Shown: one piece after another, positions 12,540-24,693 of the stretch
Layout of the letters: the number at the start of each line of letters is the position of its first letter
Position numbering within the stretch: position 1 is the first letter of the stretch
NCBI RefSeq assembly: GCF_006345805.1
Contig: NC_043000.1
Coordinates: 112,034,001 to 112,098,000, forward strand
Source of the DNA: Octopus sinensis
Lineage: Eukaryota
Length of the DNA: 64,000 bases
Reading direction: 5' to 3'
Position numbers and translations under genes: made by a program
Notes under the pieces: model-generated
Databases searched by the model: none
Told to the model about the DNA's origin: nothing
Seen by the model: the letters and a program-made list of their open reading frames with translations, nothing else

Positions 12540-13385
12540 TAGCAGAATTGCCCGGCGTTGCTCGGGGCTGAATTGCTTGAAAGTACTGTTAATGATTGCA
12601 CTGAATTATGGTGATTATTCAGGCAAATATTGATATAAGTTTACGGTGGGAGATAAGGACTTAACGATCAAACGTGTGCCATTGCATTGTTTTGGGGGAA
12701 CCAAATTTCTGATGAGCATTATAGGGGCACCAACTTTAAGTTTGAGAAAGTGTGGTGGTAGTCCGGGGTGCTCAAAGGAATTGAGTACCTCTTTTGGATA
12801 TTTGATGACGTCCTCTGGGTCAGGAGTTGTATCGATAGACTGATATACATAGACTTCCCCAGGAATGAGTTTTAGCATTTCATCATTAATATGGTGAACA
12901 GTTTTATTCCTCGGGGCCAGTATAGCCTTTTTGCCAATCCAATCCATATTCTGATAATTAGCTTGTAGATCTGGGAACACTGCATCTCTGAGATCAGAAG
13001 GCGTCTTAACAATGTTACAAATGGAATCGATGGCAATATTACCATTTTCATCCCCTGGTATTTTGCCTTCGCCAAGAGCAAGGAGGGTGTGAGGAAATGC
13101 TGCTGATGTGATATTACGTCGCATATGAGCACGCATATTGGTGTGAAGTTTGAGAGTTACTTCCCTTTATTAAAAAAAATATGCATTAAAATGGAAAAAA
13201 ATGATGGTAAATTATTTGTAAAATCATAGACTCATCGTAGACGCACGCTAATACCCAGAAGGGCTCGATATGAATCACGACTATAAGATACCCGGTTTTG
13301 GTTAAACTGCATCACAAAATGTGGGAGTAGTTAGGAATCTAAATCGGAGTAGACAGACACACAACCTTTCTTTTATATATAAATA
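12539..13385 (-). mobile_element. Helitron deletion derivative carrying a PIF1-type helicase fragment
   Basis: Same termini as 3898-4193. ORF 12615-13136(-) has ILAPRN, YQSID and EVLNSFEHPGLPPHFLKLKVGAPIMLIRNL..CNGTRLIV, characteristic of the Helitron RepHel helicase. Confidence 0.9.
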
Positions 13386-13599
13386 TTTTCGTCCTAAAAA
13401 ACTTTGTATGGATTGAATGGTTACCTCTATGGAAATATATACACGCACATTATACATACATGTGTGTATAGATGAATATATAAATACATTTAAATATCTA
13501 TATACACTTTTGGGCGATCTTTCTGTTTCTTAGAGATAACTTTATCCCGTCCGATTCGCTCCAAAATTTACAGGGACATGTAGAATGAGGTGACGATGC

Positions 13600-14177
13600 T
13601 CGTGGGCTAGCTTAGAAATCCCTATCTTAAAAGGTGTGGTTGCTAGGGGCCATCTTCCTCACTCACCCTATTTCCTCCAGTACCCTGTCACTCCTCTTCA
13701 TTTGACAAGCCACTATGGTTATTTAATGTAAAGTCTTCCTCAAATCACTCTCTCGCTATTTACTCTCTCCCAAGAACATTTTCACTCACTCTTATCTCTT
13801 AGCTTCCCATACATTTTACTCATGTATCTATCAGCGTCATAGACAGAAACAAATATTACATCGCCATCGCCATCACATTCTATTGTCTACCTGTCAACAC
13901 ACACACAGTGAATTACTTTCACTTTATTCGTTGCACACTGTGTGTGTGCGTGTGCTTTATCCCACACTAAGAAAAGCATTTGACTCATACACCACAATGT
14001 GAGTTTTCTCTAAATTTTGCTTAATTGGGGTTGAAATTTTAAAAAGTGGACCTGGCAAGACCCGATGCATTCTACTCTTAAAAATGCTAGGTAAATTGTA
14101 ATTGAAGAAATCCTATATTGTAGATTTCTATAAGAGACAAAGGGAGGCAGATAAAATCTGCCTTTTATAATAAGAGA
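13600..14177 (-). mobile_element. Possible non-autonomous Helitron-like element of another family
   Basis: Minus-strand start TCTCTTATTATAAAAGGCAGATTTTATCTGCC (TC start, TATAA, hairpin); left boundary uncertain. Confidence 0.4.
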
Positions 14178-14455
14178 TACGTATGTGTGTGTATATGTTT
14201 GTGTGTCTGCGTTTGTCCCACCAACATCGTTTGACAACCGATGCTGGTGTGTTTACATCCCCATAACTTAGTGTTTCAGCAAAAGAGGCCGACAGAATAA
14301 GTACTAAGCTTACAAAGAATAAGCCCTGGGGTTGATTTGCTCAACTAAATGCGGTGCTCCAGCATGGCCACAGTCAAATGACAGAAACAAGTAAAATAGT
14401 ATATATATATATATATACATACACATATATATATGTCAACTTTTCCTATTTTCAG

Positions 14456-14630
14456 CCACTTCTGATGATTACATGTCTGTGTTGGATGATCCCATGAACC
14501 TAAGCTTCAACCAGTTACCAAGTCTACCTTCAACTTACAACACACGCAACAGCCAAGCCGTGTTTGAATCTTTGAAAAACTCACTCCCAGGCAAAGACGA
14601 TGCCAATGAGCAACTTGTATATAAATATCG
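14456..14630 (+). CDS. OSBPL1A: Exon of ORP1L/OSBPL1A-like gene (linker preceding the ORD)
   Basis: TTTTCAG acceptor, TATCG|GTAAGT donor. (A)TSDDYMSVLDDPMNLSFNQ...EQLVYKYR, phase 1 in (matches previous exon) and phase 2 out. ORP1/2 have ..KHR just before the ORD TSLP motif. Confidence 0.78.
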
Positions 14631-15175
14631 GTAAGTCATGTCTTTCACACTCCTTACATTCCCCACTTTCTCTTTATCTGAAAGAAAAGAAAAGAAAAGA
14701 AAAGAAACGAAAGAAAAGAAAAGAAGCCTCTTATAATTGCAGTTTCTACATGATTTTGCTTTTATCACAACTGCTGTTGTTGTTGTTGTTTATTGAACAG
14801 AAGTGAAATGACATGTTAAGGTGTAGTGGAATCAGAGGTGTTGCTGCAAAGATATATTTTAGCCTTTATTTAATGGAAAGACAGCATTGTCTTGTGCAGT
14901 GCAGTGTAATTTGCCATTTCTCTGTTGCGTTAGTGAAGCGTGTCTCATGCCTATGTATAAATAAATAAATAAATAAATACAGACATACGTACACACATAC
15001 ATATATATCATCATCGTCATTATCATCATCATTTAACGTGCTAGCACAGGTGGGATGGTACCACAAGAGCTGGCCAGGCCGAAGCCTGCACTGGACTTCT
15101 ATGATGTTTTGGCAGGATTTTTACAGCTGGATACCCTTCCTAATACCAACACCTAACACTACACACAAACACACA

Positions 15176-15257
<82 letters not shown>

Positions 15258-15614
15258 GCTGAGACCCTCTACGGTCATGACTGACCATGGGATTGCACCT
15301 AGAAAGTTACCCTCCCAGGCACAAGTCCGAGCAAGGTTGTTTTATGGAAGGTCAGCAGTTGCCCATGCATACCAGCCTCCCCTCTACACACCACCGGTGT
15401 TATCCAAGGGAAAGGCAAAGGGGCCGATACAGCTTGGCACCTGTGACGTTGCAACTCACTTCTACAACTGAGTGAACAGGAGCAACGTGAAATAAAGTAT
15501 CTTGCTCAAGAACACAACATGCAGCCCAGTCCGAGATTTGAACTCACAACCTCATGATCATAAGCTTGACACTCTAACCACTGAGCTGTGTACCTTCACA
15601 TATATATATATGTA

Positions 15615-15687
<73 letters not shown>

Positions 15688-15898
15688 GTAGGCACGGGCA
15701 TGGCTGTGTGGTTAGGGAGGTTGCTTCCTAGCTACATGGTTTCGGGTTCAGTCCCACTGCATGGCACTTTGGGTAGGTGTCTTCTACTATAGCCTCGAGC
15801 CGACCGGAGCTTTGTGATTGAATTCGGTAGGTGGAAGTTACTGCCGTGTGTGTATGTGTGCGTATAGCTGCTTAGTGCCTCTCCGAAAGAGAGAGAGG

Positions 15899-15999
<101 letters not shown>

Positions 16000-16772
16000 A
16001 TGTATGATGGTTGTCTACTCCTTATGCAGAGTTTGACCACCTCCTGTACCTACAACTAAGAACCATCGTGGCATTTGATATACGTATATATATATACACA
16101 TACATGCACACATATATATGCATGACATAACCAAAGTGACTGCAGGTGCTAGTCAGCACCAGCATCTCTAGAATTAAGAGGCTCTGCCTCTGTTGTTGTA
16201 GGGAGCTTATCTCCCTTGTCAGTCATTAGATAAGTGCTTCCCTGTGGCTAAGAGTTGCTCTGACCCCTCATTTCTAGCAATGCTAGTGTTGACTTCCACC
16301 TTCAGTCACTTTAGCAATATCTGTACTTGTGCCCTTTGGTTGTAAGTTGTGAATAAGCCATCTCAATCATTTATATATATATATGTCTTCGAAATGTGGA
16401 GTAGATGAAACAGGGACAACTGAAGAAGTGGAATATTATTTATGTTGTATGTCTTGTTTCTCTGTTTGTTTTTTTCGTTGTTCAAAAAAAATGTTCGTTT
16501 CTATGTTTTTGTTTTTATGTTTTCGTTTCTCATTGTGTTCAACGTTTTTTTGGTGTCCTGTACCCATACATGCATGTATATATACATATATATGTAGGTA
16601 TATATATATATATATATATATACAAAAAGCAATAAAGATTCAAGTTAATTTAAATGAATTTACTTGAATATGGTACCTAACTTAGATGCACCAAAAAAAA
16701 ACTATACTGTTTTAACAATACAGTAATGTGGGGTGATTATAAGCGAGAAAGAAGCAACAAGAATGGATAGGT

Positions 16773-16863
16773 TTTTAGTACAATCGTTTCATACAAGGAC
16801 AGGCTTTATTAAAAGTTGTAAAAATTACAGCATATAAATGTGTCCCGTACTCATCAGCTAAAA
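16773..16863 (-). ncRNA. Type I hammerhead ribozyme (mirror copy)
   Basis: Exact reverse complement of 19166-19256. Confidence 0.85.
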
Positions 16864-19165
16864 TACATGTGAGTTCTCTAGACATCCTAGTGGTTAAGGC
16901 TATACTCATGAAGTAATGAAGATAATTAAGTAACATAAACATATACAGATATCCAAAGTTCATTAAAGTTCTTTAAAGATGATGTACAGTCTTATCACAG
17001 AATTTTAAAAAAGTTCTAATAGCAACCCAGAGAAGGTGACCTAATCCATAGTGCACATATGAATTTCCAGAGATATGATGAGGGATTACATACTCACAGA
17101 AGACAAATTTATCCATTGTTAATCACAACGAGGTGGGTCTCAATTCCTGCTTATTAGCATTACAGAGAGGGTGAATTAATCCTTTGTATAGATGCACAAT
17201 TTCCAATGGTGTAGATGTAAATTTCCAGAGAAATGAAGAGGAATTTCATATTCACAGGCGATAAATTTATCAATGGTTGAACACAATGAGGTAGGTATCA
17301 ATTCTTGTTATATGATTAGGTATTTGCCACATTAATCATATTACTGCTATTTACAAGAGGCTGTAGCTATTTAACTTTTAAAGGCTGAAGGGCTTTCTAG
17401 AGAGGCAAAGAATAGAAAATGGAAGGGAATAGAAGAAAAGAGAGAAAATAAAGGAGGAGGGAGCAAAAAAAGGGGGGGAAGGGGACTAAAAGAGAAGAGA
17501 AAAAGAAAAAGAGAATAAGAAGAAGAAAAAGAAAAAGAGAAAAGAGAAAGAAATAGGGAAAGAAGGAAAAAGAAAAAAAGAAAAAGGAAAAGAAAAAAGA
17601 GGGTTCTAGTTATACAGAAGAATCAGTAGATGGCAAGTCTGGTTTTAATTTACAGGCATCTAGGAACTAGAGGAGAATATTATTCTTTGACCAGTAAAAC
17701 AGCTAATTTATTGCTGTTGAAATCAGCTATGAATTTAAAGAGAATCTAAAGAGATAACACAGTCAGGGGTTTAGGGGTCAGATGCTAAAATCAAAAGAAA
17801 ATACATTAGGAAAATCTAAGTATAATCCTATCAAAAAGTCATTAAGATTTACTTATTTAATTTATTCATTTTATTGTCTTAAGGAGTTGCCGTTATTATT
17901 CATACATTGACTATTCATACATTGACGGACTACAGGTCAAATCTTAGAAGATCATTTACAAGGTGTTAGGGGATTGTCTATCATAATGAAGATAATCATA
18001 TTATCACCGAGGTGATAATATGATTATCACCGAGGTGATAATATGATTATCTTCATTATGATAGACAATCCCCTAACACCTTGTAAATGATCTTCTAAGA
18101 TTTGACCTGTAGTCAGTCAATGTATGAATAATAATGGCAACTCCTTAAGACAATAAAATGAATAAATTAAATAAGTAAATCTTAATGACTTTTTGATAGG
18201 ATTATACTTAGATTTTCCTAATGTATTTTCTTTTGATTTTAGCATCTGACCCCTAAACCCCTGACTGTGTTATCTCTTTAGATTCTCTTTAAATTCATAG
18301 CTGATTTCAACAGCAATAAATTAGCTGTTTTACTGGTCAAAGAATAATATTCTCCTCTAGTTCCTAGATGCCTGTAAATTAAAACCAGACTTGCCATCTA
18401 CTGATTCTTCTGTATAACTAGAACCCTCTTTTTTTCTTTTCCTTTTTCTTTTTTCTTTTTCCCTTCTTTCCCTATTTCTTTCTCTTTTCTCTTTTTTCTT
18501 TTTCTTCTTCTTATTCTCTTTTTCTTTTTCTCTTCTCTTTTAGTCCCCTTCCCCCCCTTTTTTTGCTCCCTCCTCCTTTATTTTCTCTCTTTTCTTCTAT
18601 TCCCTTCCATTTTCTATTCTTTGCCTCTCTAGAAAGCCCTTCAGCCTTTAAAAGTTAAATAGCTACAGCCTCTTGTAAATAGCAGTAATATGATTAATGT
18701 GGCAAATACCTAATCATATAACAAGAATTGATACCTACCTCATTGTGTTCAACCATTGATAAATTTATCGCCTGTGAATATGAAATTCCTCTTCATTTCT
18801 CTGGAAATTTACATCTACACCATTGGAAATTGTGCATCTATACAAAGGATTAATTCACCCTCTCTGTAATGCTAATAAGCAGGAATTGAGACCCACCTCG
18901 TTGTGATTAACAATGGATAAATTTGTCTTCTGTGAGTATGTAATCCCTCATCATATCTCTGGAAATTCATATGTGCACTATGGATTAGGTCACCTTCTCT
19001 GGGTTGCTATTAGAACTTTTTTAAAATTCTGTGATAAGACTGTACATCATCTTTAAAGAACTTTAATGAACTTTGGATATCTGTATATGTTTATGTTACT
19101 TAATTATCTTCATTACTTCATGAGTATAGCCTTAACCACTAGGATGTCTAGAGAACTCACATGTA

Positions 19166-19256
19166 TTTTAGCTGATGAGTACGGGACACATTTATATGCT
19201 GTAATTTTTACAACTTTTAATAAAGCCTGTCCTTGTATGAAACGATTGTACTAAAA
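19166..19256 (+). ncRNA. Type I hammerhead ribozyme
   Basis: Helix I TTTTAG/CTAAAA; core CTGATGA (19172-19178); helix II GTACGGGACA/TGTCCTTGTAT; GAAAC (19239-19243)-GATT-GTA; predicted cleavage after 19250. Confidence 0.85.
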
Positions 19257-19287
19257 ACCTATCCATTCTTGTTGCTTCTTTCTCGCG

Positions 19288-19320
<33 letters not shown>

Positions 19321-20984
19321 GTATGCATGTATGTATGTATGCATGTATGCATATATTTATATATATACACATATAAATATATATATATATATATATGTTC
19401 TTTTATTTTTTTTACTTGTTTCAGTCATTTGACTGCGGCCATGCTGGAGCACCACCTTTAGTCGAAGAAATCGACCCCAGGACTTATTCTTTGTGAGCCT
19501 AGTACTTATTCTATCGGTCACTTTTGCCGAACTGGGGACATAAACTCACCAACGTCGGTTGTAAAGTGATGGTGGTGGTCAGGGAACAAACACATGTGTG
19601 CACACACAAATACATACATACATACATATATATATATGTATATATATGTATATATATATGTATGTATATGTATATATATATATATATATGTATATGTGTA
19701 TATATATATATATATATCTATATATATATATATAATATATATATATATATACACACATATACATATATATATATATATACATATATATTCTCAATATAAA
19801 ATAGAGTACATTTAAACACAAGAGAAAACTGCCTTCAACAGGCAGTTTTCTCTTGTGTTTAAGTGTACACTATTTTATATATATAAGGCAGGCTTCTTTC
19901 AGTTTCCGTCTACCAAATCCACTCACAAGGTTTTGGTCAGCTTGAGGCTATAGTAGAAGACACTTACCCAAAGTGCCATCAGTGGCAGAAGCAGACTTCT
20001 GCACATGGCCTAGTGGTCCGAGTGCTGCACTCATGATTGTGAGATTAAGGGGTTTTGGTTCCCAGACTGGGTGGTGCATTGTGTGTTCTTGAGCAAAACG
20101 CTTCACTTCACTTTGTTCTGCATTCAGTTCAACATCTGATGTGAGGTACACTTATCCACCTGTACAGACAATGTCAGTCTGATGGAGGAAGCAAGCTGAT
20201 TTGTGACACAAACATTTAATTGTAATTAACAAATACAAAGGAAGGACCCATAATATGTATATTATATATACGTGTGTGTTTGTGTCTATATATATATAGA
20301 CACACTATATAGTTAATGGAGTTTTTTTCTATAAGAAAAATTATTATTTTATTTATTTCTTAAATAAATATTGTTTAACTCTATTTGCTTATTTATTTAA
20401 CTATTATCATTAACCTGAAGATTGACTATAATTTTAAATCACATTTATTTCAAATGAATTTAAACTTAATTGTAATTTGAATTTAATTGTAGCCATGAAA
20501 CATACGTAGTATTTTTACTTATTATATTATATATTTATCATTCATTTTATACTTTTTGAGATCTAGTTATAAGTTATATGTTTTATGAAAATATGTATTA
20601 TTTGTTATTTATGTATTGATTTATGTCTATCAGTGTTTGAGTTGCATAATAGTGGTTTTTTCTCTAATTTATATTTTATGTGCCGGTGGCACGTAAAAAG
20701 CACCATCCGAACGTGGCTGATGCCAGCGCCGTCTTGACTGGCTTCCATGCCGGTGGCACGTGAAAGGCACCAATCCGATCGTGGCCATTGCCAGCCTCAC
20801 CTGGCATCTGTGCTGGTGGCACGTAAAAAGCACCCACTATTCTCGCAGAGTGGTTGGCATTAGGAAGGGCATCAAGCTGTAGAAACACTGCCAGATCAGA
20901 CTGGAGCCTGGTGCAGCCTTCTGTCCAACCCATGCTAGCATGGAGAACGGACGCTAAACGATGATGATGATGATGATATATATA

Positions 20985-21015
<31 letters not shown>

Positions 21016-21377
21016 GTATATGTGTATATATCTATTTCTTTATTACCCACAAGGGGCTAAACACAGAGGGGACAAACAAGGACAGACAAATGGATTATGT
21101 GTATATATCATCATCATCATCGTTTAGCATCCGCTTTCCATGCTGGCATGGGTTGGACGGTGCACCTGGGGTCTAGGAAGCCAGAAGGCTGCACCAGGCC
21201 CAGTCTGATCTGGCAATGTTTCTATGGCTGGATGACCTTCCTAACACCAATCACTTCATGAGCGTAGTGGGTGCTTTTTACATGCCACCGGCACAGCTGC
21301 CAGACGAGGCTGGCAAACGGCCACGATTGGATGGTGCTTTTTACGTGCCACCGGCACGGAGGCCAGGCGAGGCTGAT

Positions 21378-21414
<37 letters not shown>

Positions 21415-21726
21415 CACACTTGCAAACGCACCCATCCTTTGGATGGTTTAAGTTGCAAGAAGTTTTATGAGTCATACAATAATCTATGTTCCCGATTAAT
21501 GGAGGTTGACCTTGTTTTGAAAAATTTTTACAAGCACATACCAGCGCTTTCCACCAGCAAAAAAATAGAAACCCACGATTTTTCGCATGGAATCAACTCC
21601 CTTGACCTCCTACTTTCCTGCAAATCCCTTATTTTTGCAGTTCGGAAAAAAGGGAGGATGGGTGGGGGCGTCCTCCACACCTTGGATTTTTGGGAAAATT
21701 TTTTTTTTTTTGCCTTGAATGAATTA

Positions 21727-22587
21727 AGGTGAGCTCCTAATATGTTACAAAACCCTTTTTTTTTGTCTGCAAAACGGGGTGGGGTGGAACCCTCGGAAAT
21801 TTCACACTTCCCCACCCCAAATTTCACAAGCAAATTCCCACCCCCACCAAATTTCACAGGGAAATTTTTTGGTAAATTTCTACATGATAGTCAGTACATG
21901 TTGGTAAACGGAGGATAGGTAAGGTGGAACCCTCAGAAATTTCACCCCCACTTCCCCAATTTTCATAGGGAAAATTTTGGGGCAAACATTTACACAAGGA
22001 TTAGTAGAAGTTGGCAAGGGAACCTTTCCAGAGCACTCATCTTTTTAGAAATAACAGCCAAATCTCCCTAGCCACACTGCACCATCTTTGTTGAGCAAAA
22101 TGTATCCGTACAGTCTTCTTTTATTATCTTTTGTCTGTGTGCATGTATGTGTGTGTATATATGTGTGTGTATATGTATGTGTGTATATATATATATATGT
22201 GCGTGTGTGTATACATGTCTGTATATATATGTGTGCGTGTGTGTATATATATACATACATATACACACATGCACATGCACGCACACATAAAAGATAATAA
22301 AAGCATACCGTACAGATACGTTTTGCTCAACAAAGATGGGGCAATGTGGCCAGGGTGATTTGGCTGTTATTTCTAAAAGGATGAGCACTTCTAGAAAGGT
22401 TCCCTTGCCAAAATCTACTGACCATCTTGTAAAAATTTGCCCAAAAATTTTCTGTCATATTGGGCGTGGGGGGACGGAATCTGACTATGAGATTTGGGAT
22501 GGGGTGGGGTGTGAAATTTCTGTGGACCCCCTTCCCGTTTTGCAGACGAAAAAATGGGTTTTGTGGTATATTAGGAGCTCACCGTAA
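21727..22587. repeat. Imperfect ~860 bp foldback centred on a (TG/TA/CA) microsatellite
   Basis: Ends GGTGAGCTCCTAATAT..CAAAACCC../..GGGTTTTGTGGTATATTAGGAGCTCACC; inner arms 22015-22140 and 22270-22410 are also reverse complements. Confidence 0.7.
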
Positions 22588-23041
22588 TCCTTTATTGTTT
22601 TCTTTATTTAAAATCCAGACATTACTTATGGGATGACATGATACATATGTATCTACACACGCACACACAGAATTGATTCCTTCTATATGGCTAGCTTCTG
22701 CTTGTTTTGTGCAGGATGCACCATCTGTGCATCTGCTCTTGAAATAGCTGTAAGAGTCTTTCTGCTCACCTTATTATGTCAGTAACATAATTTTTCTTAA
22801 GGAAATACATATTTAAACAAATTCTAATGTCATGATTAGTGAAAACGAAACTGGTTGACTAACACAATATAAGATATATTAAAAATTATATTAAACTATG
22901 TAAAGTGTGTACATTTTCCTTCTTTAATTTCTTATATGTATATATGCACTGACAATATAATGCTTTACTGACAATATAATACCCTTTTTTACTGATAATT
23001 AATTAATTCTTAACGATTAACAATTAATTAATTCTAACCGA

Positions 23042-23088
<47 letters not shown>

Positions 23089-24117
23089 CACATTGTTAAT
23101 CAGTAATTAGTAGCCGATCTTACCAATCAGTTTTGAATGGGTATTAAAACCAGATGTTAGATAGCTGCATGGTAAGCAATACTATGCATTACTCAGAATT
23201 GGCAGGAACGGAAAAAATATGGCAACTATATACATGGGTGTGTGTGTGTGTATATACATTATATATATATATATATATAATATATATAATATATATATAT
23301 AATATATATATATATAAGCACATATGTAAGTGCGCATGTGTATGCATGTATGTCATCAGTCTCAATCAGAACTTACCTGCGGCTACACAACAGCAGCAAC
23401 AACAAAAACAACTACTACTACCACAACAGCAACAACAACAACAACAAATCAATCTAAATTTCACACAACAAGATTTGCTGTTTGTTTTCAAATATTTATT
23501 CTAAGAATTTTCAATAATTGCCAACTTCTGGTGCTGTTTGATTAATCTCGTTTCTCCGTTGATTGGATTAACTTGCTGCTGGTGATTTCCAGTGTAGTGT
23601 TGTTAATAATATCAATGCAAATATTCCTCGTTAAACAATCTTGTTAGTCTCTAATGTCAATCATGTTCGTTAAGGTTCAAATTGTGATTAACGAGCAGAT
23701 GCTGTGTTGGACAATAGAGGGAGGAGTGAGGGGGTGGGGCAACAAGGCCGATTTAGAGAAATATCAATATTTTGCCATTTAATTACGTTAAGATGTCCTG
23801 CTTTGTCAACAGAACTCTAATCATTTAATTAGTCACTCCTTAATGAGAGTTTCCGTATTTTCTTTTTTTGTTTTAAAAATTGTTGCTCATATTTTTCTTT
23901 TTGCTTTCTTGTTTTAATTTCTTCACTTGATGTAATAATTGTTTATCTGTTTGTTTATTAAATGGGTCAGATAAGTCTGTAAATGTTTATTAACACTCCC
24001 ACTTGCACATTCCTCCCTCTGTTACAAAGTCTTTGAAATCTGGTAAAAAGTAAAATTGTGAAACTCTATTTTTCCCCCTTTAAAGTATCATTAAAACAGA
24101 TTCAGCCGCAAATAAAT

Positions 24118-24292
24118 TTAACCCTTCAGCAATCAGATTATTCTGTCAATTGTAATGATTATTTATTCACTTTCTTTTGAATTAACCATCCATTATTTCA
24201 TAGCTTCAAGATTTCAATGATGTGATTGTTTATTTTTAGAATGACATTGTAGGGCAGGAGAAACCAGATCTGACCTGTTTAAACATTAAAGG
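24118..24292. mobile_element. MITE-like repeat starting TTAA|CCCTT (piggyBac-like terminus)
   Basis: TTAACCCTTCAGCA start with a partial complementary end (ATTAAAGG); otherwise recognised only from recalled repeat families. Confidence 0.35.
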
Positions 24293-24387
24293 CATTATTG
24301 CCAGGGAAGTGGTGCATGCAAATCCAAAGACCCAGTCTCAAGGGCTGTAAATAATAATGATGATAATAATAATAATAATAATAATAA

Positions 24388-24645
24388 ACATTGTGTACAG
24401 TACTCAGGTGCACTACAACTCATCTAAAGTGCATATATAATCAGGTGTAGTTTCGACGGATTTCGGAAAGCATGAGGGCCTTAAAGGATGCAGTGTCATG
24501 GCAGTCAACAACTGACGCAGGCAGTTTATTCCATGCTTCAGCAACTCTGAGCGTGAAGAAATGTTTCCGAAAGTCATGGGAGCTGTGTTGTTTTCTGACT
24601 TTGTAGGCATGTCCACGTGTGTTAGACACAGGGAGATCAAACAAC

Positions 24646-24648
<3 letters not shown>
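24388..24648 (-). mobile_element. CR1-clade LINE 3' fragment
   Basis: Minus-strand NTRGHAYKVRKQHSSHDFRKHFFTLRVAEAWNKLPASVV..ASFK is the typical CR1 ORF2 C-terminus; simple-repeat tail. Confidence 0.8.

Positions 24649-24693
<45 letters not shown>

Larger units (their letters stand above)
16743..19286. mobile_element. ~2.5 kb palindrome (about 1.25 kb arms) carrying hammerhead ribozymes; probable Penelope-like/retrozyme foldback unit
   Basis: 16743-~18008 is the reverse complement of ~18034-19286 (ORFs 16775-16963(-) and 19066-19254(+) are identical). Apex hairpin at 18000-18045; no recognisable RT or GIY-YIG ORF. Confidence 0.85.

Noticed and set aside
16383-16440. GAAAT...CTGAAGA as a permuted hammerhead
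   Set aside because: No consistent helix II or III pairing; probably a truncated repeat end.
17620-17830. Stop-riddled frame FFDQ*NS*FIAVEIS..KENLKR..KY in the palindrome arm, faintly like a PD-(D/E)xK nuclease
   Set aside because: Too many stops and no intact catalytic motif; cannot be supported without a profile search.
18002-18017. TATCACCGAGGTGATA resembles the phage lambda operator consensus
   Set aside because: It is 16 bp rather than 17 bp, is explained by the palindrome apex, and has no phage context.
22713-22750. Micro-exon-like TTTTGTGCAG..GTAAGA
   Set aside because: Stop codon in the frame required after the phase-2 donor at 14630.
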